NCBI GenBank assembly: GCA_002633005.1
Contig: NMRA01001235.1
Span: forward strand, 1-37,151
Length of the DNA stretch: 37,151 bases
Source: Phoronis australis
Taxonomy: Eukaryota; Animalia; Phoronida
Direction of reading: 5' to 3'
Position numbers and translations under genes: made by a program. Below the pieces are notes generated by a model. It was not told where the DNA came from, ran no database searches, and saw only the letters and a list, made by a program, of their open reading frames with translations. This document shows positions 11,231-22,662 of the stretch, in pieces. Numbering within the stretch: position 1 is the first letter of the stretch; each line of letters starts with the position of its first letter.

Positions 11231-14200
11231 AAATCAGCGCATCTTCAGGGGACATTTTTTTATCGTTTGGATGAATCAAAATTGACATCACCATGAAAAT
11301 CTGAAAAATATGGGAAAAAGCTTATTACAAGACTTAAAGATAAATTTTAGACAAGAAATGTGAAAAATGTCGTTTAAGGAAAGAAGATTCAGAGACCGAA
11401 ATTACAGGTCAGTATGAGCTAGTAAGTGTGATGAAGTATACTTCGAACAGCATGTTTTTGTGCAGTCCACGGCAGTTGTGGAAACCCCTGAGCGTGTTAC
11501 AGTATGGGTAAAGTGTGGTAAAATGTGAGATTTATAAATCAATTAACATGTTGAGGATCATGTTTTTTTAACTTGTGTACTACACCACAATATGTTTTAC
11601 CACTCTAAGTGTGCAACAATGACGGGAAATACCATCGTTATGTCTTATCCTTTCAAACATGGATACTGCAAATTGACACACAATGTTGAGTAAAGAAAAG
11701 AAGCAGCTCTATTTGCTACGTTGGAATCAGACGCCTTCAGAGACAAGTAATACAACAAATGATTCTAAGCGTACTACTTTCAAAAACTTTGGAAGAATTT
11801 TTTAACAATATCCAGGAAAAATTCCTGAAGTAATGTCCACAAAATCCAGGAAATTGACCACCTAAACTACAAAGTGTCACATATTCGTGAGAAATCTAAA
11901 CAAAATGAAAAAATGATAGCCTAATGATGAAATTAGATGATCTAGAACAGTATTCCCGTCAGAACTGTTAACTGGTTACTGGCGTCAAGAAAACCGAGAA
12001 CGACAATACAGACAAGCACGTAATGGACATTGTTTGCAAATTTCACCAGCTAAATAACGTTGTCGCGGAAAAAGATCTTTACGCACTCATCGACTTGGTG
12101 ACAGAAATGTTGTTAAATTTACTACCTACAATACGCGTCAATAATTTTCTAATAAAAGAAAAGAAATAGGCAGCAGCACTTTTGTCAACGAATACCTCAC
12201 AAAAAAGCAAACTACTCTTTCAATGTCGACAGCTGAAACAAAACGGAAAGATTCAAGCTACCTTAAGCCCACAGATGGTTCAGTGACGAAGTCAACGACA
12301 AGACCTATACAGTGATTGGCTATTTCCACTCTCTTGGTATTGCGTAAGTAATGTATCAATAACAGACTGGCTCGCAAAGTTGTGAGCCTACTAACAAAAG
12401 AACCTAATTTAATCACTGGGTGATCCAACCAATTATGTTTGTTTTTTAGTTTCCCACTTCATGACTACAGTAGTTTTTCAATCTTAGTTAGTCTAGATGG
12501 TACAAATGTGTAGAATTTGTATTTTCATTAGTTTTAATAGTGGACCGCTTTGCATTAAGTTTTCGACTTGGCATGAGCAGTGCCGTTGTGACATGATGTC
12601 GTCCACCGATGAATGAACTCATTAATGTCTTTAGATTTCAATGAGGTATTAAACACCTATGGTGGAAACGTCTGTCACAACTACAACATAATTGACAAAC
12701 ATAATTACCTGGGACTAAATGATGAACAGTTTCATCAATGTACACAGTTCACCTTACTATGATATACAATATTGGTTTCAAAAATTATCTAAGTGCAATA
12801 AACACAAGTTATGCATACATGCAGTAAGTGTCAATATACAGTATATCAAGCGTTGACTCACCAACCACACTAGTGTAATTGACATCATTTGCCTCCAGGG
12901 AAGGTGGTTAAGCAAATATGATAACCCAGGTTAATTTCAACTTTCGGGGTATTCTAATGTAGAGGGTCTCACCATGTATGTTAAAAACTACTTTAAGATT
13001 AGAAAAGTCACTATCTTTAGCAATTTTTAATTCATGGGAAGGACAAAAAGCGCATGTAAGAACGCCTGTGAATTGTTAATGTTTACTGACCACCCGCAAA
13101 TGAGTTCAGACACGCCGACCTATTCCTCAGTGAATATATCCTTGAACTTAAACCAATATATTTTAATATAACAAAGAAATAATTATCTCGGGGGACTTGA
13201 ACATCCACCTTGTAAACTTAAACCCCAAAATGAAAGTTTATGAATTTTTTGATATGTAATGATAGCCTACCATCACCTTCCTAAAATCACTCTTTCCATT
13301 AGATTTATCAATCACTATGCTTCCATATACATATATATATTAAACTTTCTGATATACTTGAAGTCTCACGCTGCAATTCTACTATCGTCTCTATTTGACC
13401 ACTGTCCAACCTTCATTTTAACACCAAAATAACCATGACGCTCAAGTACCCAAACACATTAAGACACACGTAAGGGGAGTCGGTGCAGCGACCAGCACCG
13501 ATCTACTTATTATCTAAACTGTCAACTGTTCGTTGGTGACACCTTATAGAGAGTGAAACAAGAGAGAATATAAATTTTCTGAGTTTCATAATTAAGCACT
13601 AAATATGAAATACAAATCTACGAACTGTACAAATCATCGCTAACTTCTGTCGACATCGCAGCTTTGACTTTTAATAATAACCCAAAGAATTTATAAACTA
13701 GAAGAATTCACCGAAAAACGTTAATGACCAAATTTAAAAGGCCCCAAACAGTTAGTATGCTTGGTTGGGATTCCTTGCGGATAGAGTAGAGACCCGGCAG
13801 AGCCAAAGTTTTAGCGTGAGGGGCCCATTTTTATAGGGGTCGCAAGTTAAACGTAAAAACCAATCAAAATACAAAAATTTCTACATTTTCGCACAACTAA
13901 AGAAAAATCTACGATTAACCCGGTACTGGTGGATACAGAACACAAAGTAACCAATTACAATTGTCCTAAGTTGGCTGCAAAGAAGGCAAGGAAACTCACG
14001 CATGGCTCACGCCTGGCTCATGGACCCCTCGTGCTTCATTCATGCCTTACTCACTGTAGCTCCGGGCACAGTCACGCTAATTGCGCTCACGGTAGTTGTC
14101 ACGGTCGACTCACGCCTCACTCTCCGGTCTGTTTCCGGTTACGCGGTCACGCCTATAGCCATGCAGACCGGAGAGACATGGCTAGACTGGAAAAAGTCTA

Positions 14201-14418
14201 ATAATTCAGTGGCACTGTAAATTGTCGTAAAATTTCCGGTTGGCCCGGTCAAAACACCAAAGTTGATTGAATGAAGCCAAATCAGCAAACGATTACTACC
14301 AAAAGAAGATGAGCGAGGTTTGATAACGGGAGTATTTGTTGGAGTTGGAAAGAATTAAACACATCGACAACCTCCTGAGGTGTTCCTCTATGCGCAAAAG
14401 GTATACGAAAAGGAAAAG

Positions 14419-16581
14419 TTGAGTTTCAATTGAGATTCAATTGAAATTCAATTGAATTTCAATAGAAAATTGAATTTCTATTGAATATGTCTATTGAATG
14501 AAAATTCAATTGGCACTTCCCTTGCCGTCAATTGAATGGCTATTGAACGGCTATTGAACTGCTATTGAATTTCTGCACTTAGAAAATTTTTAGCTGTTCT
14601 GTATTGAATGGCTATTGAATTCCAGGACTTAGAAAAATTTTGGCAGTTCGGAATTAAATAGTTATTGAATTTGAGGACTTAGAAAATTTCAGGATGTCGT
14701 GGAATTGAATGGCTATTGAATTTCAAGACTTAAGGAATTTCTGGATGGTTTGATTTAGCAAGTTACCAGCAATGTTTATTTTAAACATGTGTTACCAATT
14801 GGTTGTCAAGGTTACATTCCTGGAAAGTGACCTTTAAGATTTTCAAACCCTTTCAAACGGTTTTGGTACAGCACAAACTCTGCATGGATAGTGAAGAACT
14901 GCATACATTAAATGGTGAGTTTTTGATTTCAACATGGTATTTTTGTCAATTTGATTGTTAATTGACATTTATGTTTCACATATGAATGAGTAGCTTTGGT
15001 CTTGCAAATAAAATGGAAGTTTTTTTAACTGATTCAATTGTTTAAGGTTATGGAAGTTAAGTAGTAGAGCACAGATTTCAAAATGAGTTGGGTTACAGAC
15101 TAAAACCTGCATGTGCATGTAGTTGCCAAGACAAGTGTCAGTTAATCGTGTTTCGACCTATCATATTTTATTTACTTTTATTTTATTTTTTATGATTCTG
15201 TGTTAAAATTCTCACATCAGAGCAATGAGAGAAAAGTAAATTTTTATTTTGGATACATGAACTGAAACTAAATAATTGAGCTATAGGCAATAAGTAAGAG
15301 ATGTATCAGATATTAGAGGTTTGCCATTGCCACCAGTTATCTACCCGTAGTGTCTCTGCAGTATGGTTTAATTAACTCTTCTGCTCATAGGACTAAAAAT
15401 CAAACTTCAGCTATGAGTTTCCATTAGTGCTATTAATGCTCTCAGTCAAAAGCATATTAAATTTTCTAAAAACTATGGCTAATTAAATAAGAAAGCCTTC
15501 ATGTATTTCCTGAGCGACAAGCTCAATACAAAATTCAAATTTACTTAATACTTTATTTCATACCCTCTAACTGGATATTTTTCAACTTTTTTAGTACAGA
15601 AGAAGACTTTGAAAATATGCATGATGAAGTGAAAAGACTATAACACTTGGGAGCTAATGTCCAATGACCTACCAACACTGTGCCGGTCATCAGTTCCTGT
15701 TGTGGACAGATAACTCAAATTAATGGATTATATCAAGTCTCAGTGCTCTGAAAAGTGCGGACTCCAGAGTTCTGCAGAGACCATGAAAGGCTGTACAATG
15801 CCGACATTTAAAGATCTGGTATCACATGTGGACCGTGCTTTTCAGACAACTAATATTTTGCTGCTATAGCTTTGTATGCCTGAAATTATTATTTTTTATC
15901 TTATCGCCTACATTTATTTAGCTAACTGGATATAAAATACTCATTTACCCTTCAACGTATGGATGTGTTCAACTAAGTTCATAGAGTCATATGATTATTT
16001 CATGTAGAGGCTCAGCATACAAATGTTGAAAACAATCTACAATTAGTCAGCATTATATTCTTCAAAATGTTTACAAAAGCTGTTACTTCTCAAATGCCTA
16101 AGGCTCTGTTTTTTGTTTTTCTTTGACAGATGCTGTATGATAATTGTAATACTTGTGCAAGTTTCGATTTAAGGTTTCAAAATGTTCAGTTGTCTATGAC
16201 TTGATTGTATTCATGCATGCCAGGTTCTTGAATGAAGATTGTGAACTATTCTCATCTCTTGAACAGGTTAACAACAATACATCATATTTTTGAAAGAGTT
16301 AATTTATTATAGAAAATACTTGAAATTCAAATTATTCTGTATAGTTAGAAAAATTGAATGGCCATTGAGCGGCTATTGAATGGCCATTGGACGGCTATTG
16401 AATGGCTATTGAATGGTTATTGAATATGGGATGATCCTGTACTGCATGGAGAATTGAATGGCTATTGAACGGCTATTGAATTCCTATTGAATGGCTATTG
16501 AATATGCTAATGAATTGAATCAATTCATTTACATGGCAAAAACATCAATTGAATTTCAACTGAATCTCAATTGAAACTCAA
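14419..16581. mobile_element. ~2.2-kb non-autonomous element with ~37-bp terminal inverted repeats and subterminal GGCTATTGAAT arrays
   Basis: Left ttgagtttcaattgagattcaattgaaattcaattga is the reverse complement (1 mismatch) of right tcaattgaatttcaactgaatctcaattgaaactcaa; 11-mer arrays at ~14530-14720 and ~16355-16505. Confidence 0.75.
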
Positions 16582-17648
16582 TTGAGCGTCTGAGGAGCTC
16601 CATCGCCTCTGGTCGGGCCAATAGAGGCGATGGTCATTGCCTACCCTTTGTCAAGGAAAACACGAATTAACTTTTTTAGTCACTTTGCTACAAAGTTAAA
16701 ATTACTCCCCACAGTTGCTGGCTATAACTGAATGGCCAGGACCATACTACTGATTCTCTGAATAACACGCATATAGCTCAGTGACCCTGCAACCAGCATG
16801 GTGATGCCCAGCTATACTGAGTGCTCTGAATCTCTTACTTCCCTTCATGGGTGTAAGCTGAGCTGTATGTTGGCACTTGGTGTCTTTTGCAGATAAAATT
16901 ATCCTGATGATGTCTAATGAATAGACGAAACTTGAATGAACATGAACTTTTTTATTTGTGCGTCGATCGTCCGTTTAGATTGAATACAAAGGGAGTGCTG
17001 CCGTGAACAGGCATTATAAAAGTTGTCCAAGGGCAAATTGATTCGCAGCCGTGACCAGTGTAAGCGATAAACTCTCCACGTGCAAAATCCGTTTTACACA
17101 TTCTAATTTGTTCAGCCTCGCGCCGCTCTCCCTCGGGTGAGCGGATGTGCATCCTTCAAGCTTTGGTCTGCGTCATATGGCAGCATTGCCACCCACCTTT
17201 AGGCCACTATAGCTCAACATATTACATAACGTTTTCTTTATCGATATTTGTAGTAGTAGTTCAGCTAGTCATAATACATACTCACCCCCCACCCTCGTTG
17301 TTCCACTGTAAACTAGCTTCGTTATCGCACTTAGCGCAGAAGATTAATTGCTCGTGGTTGTTTCCTGAAAATATATGAATATGCGCATGCAGATACCTGA
17401 ACTAATGAAGAATTGGTTTAAGACTAGCAACACTCATGAAAACTTGCTGAAAGCTAGGTGACGCACACTATTCAAAATAAAAATAACCTACTGTCTGGGC
17501 ATTGAAGACTGACCATCAACTTCAAAAGCCGTTACCTGGTAAAGCTGGACCAGTTTCGAAGAAATTATCAATTTCATCACGTGTCAAAGTCAAGTTCAAC
17601 CCTTAGCGTAGCGTTCAGTGATTGGCTGCTTTCTAGCTAATGTAAATA

Positions 17649-17812
17649 CATGGGCGGCGCACCACAGGACGGGAGTTGAAGGGGAGGGGGGGCTATAGCC
17701 CTACACTTTGTTCAGTGCTACAGGGCTCATGGTCAATAGACGGTGCACCACAGGGCGGGACTTGGGGGTTTACCCAGCCTCCCCACTTTTTTCAGATTCT
17801 GCGCCGCTCATG
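17649..17812. mobile_element. MITE, 13-bp TIR, 5-bp TSD (aaata)
   Basis: catgggcggcgca...tgcgccgctcatg flanked by aaata on both sides. Confidence 0.8.
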
Positions 17813-18054
17813 AAATAGGTCGTGACCTATGTTCGAGTAGCATTTCAGCGAGCACTTGCTGGTAAATCCGACTATTATTAACGATTGGTTTAGACATCTT
17901 GTCTATTTACATTGCGTCGAGACAATAGACAAATTGAAGAGGTCGGTCGACCAAGAGATTTTAATAATAGTTGTAACAATACATGCCACCATCTCGAGCA
18001 ATTTAGTTAAGTCATTTACAAGTGAATCTATGGCAGCGTATCTGGGGACTTGTG

Positions 18055-18189
18055 CAGGGGCGGATCCAGGATTTTGAGGTGGGGGGGCAATTAGACAGCA
18101 TTTTGCCCGTCAGACATTCGCACCCCCGAACTGCCTAATGGAATCTGTAGTATTTTAGGGGGCATGGCCCCCTTCTAAATCCGCCACTG
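18055..18189. mobile_element. MITE, imperfect TIR, 5-bp TSD (ttgtg)
   Basis: caggggcggatccag...ctaaatccgccactg flanked by ttgtg on both sides. Confidence 0.8.
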
Positions 18190-20027
18190 TTGTGCATCGG
18201 CTGCATCATGCATGTACCTGGCTAGAGTTCAATAACGCCAGGACCATCCTCAAAATTTAACCAAATCTCGCGTTCCAATTTAATACACGGCACTGATGAT
18301 ATCTTACGTAATCTCGCGAAGTCTTGCTTTTTTAGCAAGAGGGTTACTGAGCTTGGCTACCTTGAATTGATCTTTAAAACACTTGGTTTAGTGCAGTAGG
18401 CTATGGCCTGTGAGCTGAGGAGTCATAGAGTCCGACACGAGACAATAAATACAAGCGGACCCATAGAATTCTGTAGTGGTTGAACTGACGTGAAATGAAA
18501 TCAATCTGGATAGTATGCCAAAGAAAGGCCGAATGTCGATTCAAATTCAAATGCTACAGCCCAAGACTCCGTGATCACCCACTTTTTAAGAACAGGATTG
18601 TGTAGCCGTCACGTGAGTAACTGTATGAAACAATATACAACTGTTAAGGAAAGTCGGCTTGGGATGGTACGTCATCGTTTGACGGTATACTTAATTGGTC
18701 ACTTATGCTGGAACTAGAAGTCAAGTAATAAGAGTCATGTCTTAGAACACATTTATTTATGAAGCGAACACCAACACTACAGCAAGCAACAGGAATGCAT
18801 CCCCTAACAGCAAAACAAATACACAGCGTCTGAGTGGATTGTTTAATAAAGACGAATAACGACAAAGTGGTAAATTTTGCATCTTTTGGGTCAGCAGCTG
18901 TTTTTAGACGAATATATATTTTTGGCAGCATGAAGACCATGTGCGCACGCACTGCCTTCAAAAATGATCTCGATGAAAAGGTCACATTTATTCAGGGTAC
19001 AGAAAAACATGCTATAAGGTTGACGGACCAAACTTGTTTCTCGACCATCAAAATGGACAGATTGGATAAGACGCATGGTTATCTGGAAGTCAACCTGCAA
19101 AACCCATGTGCTAGTCGTCTTAGTTACGAACAAGCCAGTCTCAGAAACAAGATGGTTCCGCTTGGCTGTGGGTAAATGCATTTATCAACGACAAAATAGC
19201 GTACCCTAAAAGCATCTCGAACTATCTCTGCCCGGTTTCTTGAAAACTTAAAGGAGTATCACCGGCACAAGTGCTGTCACATTTTCTGAACATGCAGCGC
19301 GGCCAGTGTTATCACATAAATCGAACTTGCGAATTGACAAGTTCCATGAAACACGGATACAGAACTGCCTGATCAGAAGTTGGCGATCAAGCATTTTTAG
19401 CTGTTTTATTCTACAGTTCCAGCTTCCAGCAGCACACGGATGAGAGTGGGACATGCGAATTAGTTTGTGGTAGAGCTAACAATATCAGCTGAACACAGGA
19501 CTGTGACTATACATCAGAATAAACAAGCCCTAAGTGAAATATTCGTGAAGACGCCTTTAGTTTAAAATTTGCTACTTTGGCAACAAATTCAAAAGAATTG
19601 TCACTTGACATTGGCTACACAAATCATAAATCACGTTTTACATTTACATTAAGCTACAGGCTAAAAGGAAGCAGAAAAGTAATCTAACAAAAGCTCCCCA
19701 ATTCTGAATGTTTAGCAAAATGATCAGTTGACCACTCCAAAATCAGTGGTTGTCATTTCTTGTTATGGGTTGGTAAAGTTACTCATATTTGTAGTTTTCA
19801 ATTCAAAAACAGTTTTCTTTTGGAAAAGAAAAATGTCTTCTGTCAAACACGGAGCTCCATGGTTTACACACGTTTTCAAAATGATGAAAATTTCCTAATC
19901 AAAATGATTTTTTTAAATTTTTCTTTAAAAAGAAAAAATCGGACTATTCATTGATGGTTCGCAATCCTCTTTAGGATTTTTGATGTAACTTCAATGTTAC
20001 TCAATGACTCATCATCATTTGCAGAAA

Positions 20028-20033
20028 TTTATT
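20028..20033 (-). promoter_or_regulatory. Candidate polyadenylation signal AATAAA (implies a ~1.5-kb 3' UTR)
   Basis: First AATAAA I could find on the minus strand downstream of the stop codon; positional evidence only. Confidence 0.35.
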
Positions 20034-20683
20034 GTTGTGTGCTACAACCACAACTAAAATCTAACAATCATTATTAAAATGAAACAGAATGTTACATTGT
20101 CATATGCAACCACTCAATCACTCTCAAAGAAAATGTCATAAATTTCTAAACACAATCATTTTTTTGCTTTAGCAAAACTAGGTAGATCTGTTACTTTTGC
20201 ATCCACTCAATAGCCACTCCATAGAAATCAACAGTACCCCTCACCAAGAATCTAACATGATATCTGCTGTGATTTCCTAAATGACAACTGCTCACGATCA
20301 ACTCCTAAACAATGTAGTATTCACAAGGGTCAACTCTTGCGGTGCTTAAATGTGAAGCTAAACGAGGGTAACACAAAGAGCTGATCTGCACCAACTGTGT
20401 GCATTGCAAGTGCTGAAAATATCTGGAGTGCTAATTTCTCAAACAATTCAGATTTCGTGTGAAAATAAAAGAAAAAAAATGATTTCACACAATAAGTTGA
20501 AATGAGAAATGGGCATGAAATCCAGCTTTATAGAACAAATAGAGTTCACTTCATCAATTAACATTGAGTGAAAACTAAGCATGGAATATTAGGGTGCAGA
20601 GGCTAAGTCTCACAAATAAGGTACCGCACAACCCATGTCTCTCTTTTTTAGATAGATGTACTGCAAATTAAGAGCGGACAATC

Positions 20684-20918
20684 CACGCGTGCACCAAGGC
20701 GGGGATCAAGTGGCAAAGTGGGCAAAAAGGACCTCTACAGAGAAACGAAGAGTCCAAAAGAGTAGAAAACGAGACAAAAGTCCACTAAAAAGTCAGGAAC
20801 TACCAAAATTCGGTGAATGCACAATTCACAGTTCTGAGCTTACCCGTATTTTTTCAGTAAAATGTCCACATTCTCAAATATTTGAGCCCCCCATTTTTTT
20901 AGGCTGGGTGCGCGCATG
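20684..20918. mobile_element. Older MITE within the putative 3' UTR
   Basis: cacgcgtgcacc...ggtgcgcgcatg inverted ends (2 mismatches); flanks caatc/aaatc. Confidence 0.5.
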
Positions 20919-21545
20919 AAATCATATTAAGTTAAATCCTGCCATTCTTCAGGATGTAACCATGTATGCTTGAACAGATACATCACAAGCACACACTGTT
21001 CAACAAGTTGTCAAACCAATCAGAATATCATTCTGAATATAATTAACATCTCATTATATTTGTAGCTGAACAATATTTCTCATTTTGTCTGTTTTTTTAC
21101 TTCAACTTTATGTCGCCTCCTTTTAAACTGGTATCAAAACAATCGGTAAGACCAAGTTTCATAGAGGAACAAAGGAAATGGACGTCACCAGCTGTAGCAA
21201 TATTTGCAAAACCATCACTGGTCCACCGTTTGTTTTGCGACAGGGCCTTGAACGGAATACAAACCCACAAAGAGAACATCTCTCATCAGCATTTCCACCA
21301 GGAACCTCAAACTACAGAAAAATTGGTTTGATTTATGAAATCAGCAAACTATATTAATGAGTACAACTTTCAAAATGGGGGATAAGAAACAACTATGACA
21401 CAATCTAAGTTCGCAGTTTTGGAAACATTCAACCACAAAAATAGCATGAAGGCTCTCTACCAAACTCCCTTCTGAAGTTTTTCTTTCAAATATATGGTTT
21501 ACCCCAAAGTTGCTCATTTTCAATCAAAACTGCAATGGCTTGCTT

Positions 21546-22662
21546 TCACTGTATGCAGCATTCATCCTTCTTTATTGGAGCAGACGGATAAGACATAGGA
21601 TATCCTGGGTAAGCTGCAGTGCTGGACTGTGGCTCATAGGGGTTATGGTAAATTGGCCTCGTAGCCAAGCCAACATTCAACCCACTGGCTGTATCTGCAA
21701 CACTCACTGGGTTATTAAGGGAAGATACAGGGGTACCTAACTTGGACTTTCGTGGGGTAATGGCAGGTCTTCCCCCAGCACTAAGTGGAAGTGCTGACCT
21801 CTGTTGTTGGCTCTGTTCATTACCAAGAACCTCACTTTTGACATTTTGACGACTTAGCGAGTGTGCTAATGGATTTCTTTCAGGGCTAACATTCTTCACC
21901 GTGTGAAGACTAATGGCATGTTCATTCCTGTCATTCAGTAGGGGATGTAAAATAGGGGCATGCGAGGTAACACGAGTGGAAGGGGTTTGACTTGGAATTA
22001 CTTCCTTCACAGTCATTGTAGGGACATCGGACACTGGACTGGTCGGGGGAGCTGGACCGATTTGAACCGAGTTCCTCAAAAACTGGACCACAGGAATGCG
22101 GTTTCTCGCAGAACTACCTCCAAGCTGCTGGTCAATCTCTGAGTAAGGTGGTGGCATGTCCCCCACAAGGATATCATGGCCAGACGTAGCAACCTCACCA
22201 GAAACTTCTGCAGAAGTTGCAATGGAGGAAGCGGGTTCTGGCATGGATTCAGACGTCAGCAATGGTGAGTCAGTGATGTCATTGACTGTATACTGTATAA
22301 TATACTCGGGGTAACACTGCTGGCGCTCCGTTGCCATGTAAACACCAGGATTGGCAAAATCATCCAATACTGTGTGAACAGACGATGCCTGTGTACCAGA
22401 TCCAACCAGACCCTGGGCAACACGGCCCACAAACATAAGCAGGGGGCCATCTGCTTTAGATGGCATTAAACGATGCATGAGGTGAGACGTTTTAGTAAAA
22501 TAAACACCGGAACCCAGGTTAACAAGGCCCTCGAGTTGCGGGCACTCAGACATGAAGTTGTTCTTCACAATAAAGTTGACCAAATGTTTGTCACATGACC
22601 AACCATAGAAAAGCCTTGTTTCAGTATTAGCGCCGCATGTCTGGGAGAGGTGCCGCCGTTTC
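21546..22662 (-). CDS. Terminal exon: PARP catalytic core, Pro-rich tail with PPxY, CaaX
   Basis: Acceptor tttcttacag|G. Encodes ETRLFYGW, GSGVYFT, MFVGRVAQG, DDFANPGVY and QCYPEYIIQY; ends KKDECCIQ-TGA. Confidence 0.92.

Noticed and set aside
11300-12720. Possible decayed DNA-transposase relic (fragments such as WVKCGKCE and LDFNEVLNTYGGNVCH)
   Set aside because: Too fragmented to assign by eye; needs tBLASTn/HMM against TE proteins.
18644-19454. Overlapping 68-113 aa ORFs on both strands
   Set aside because: No recognisable motifs or convincing splice signals.
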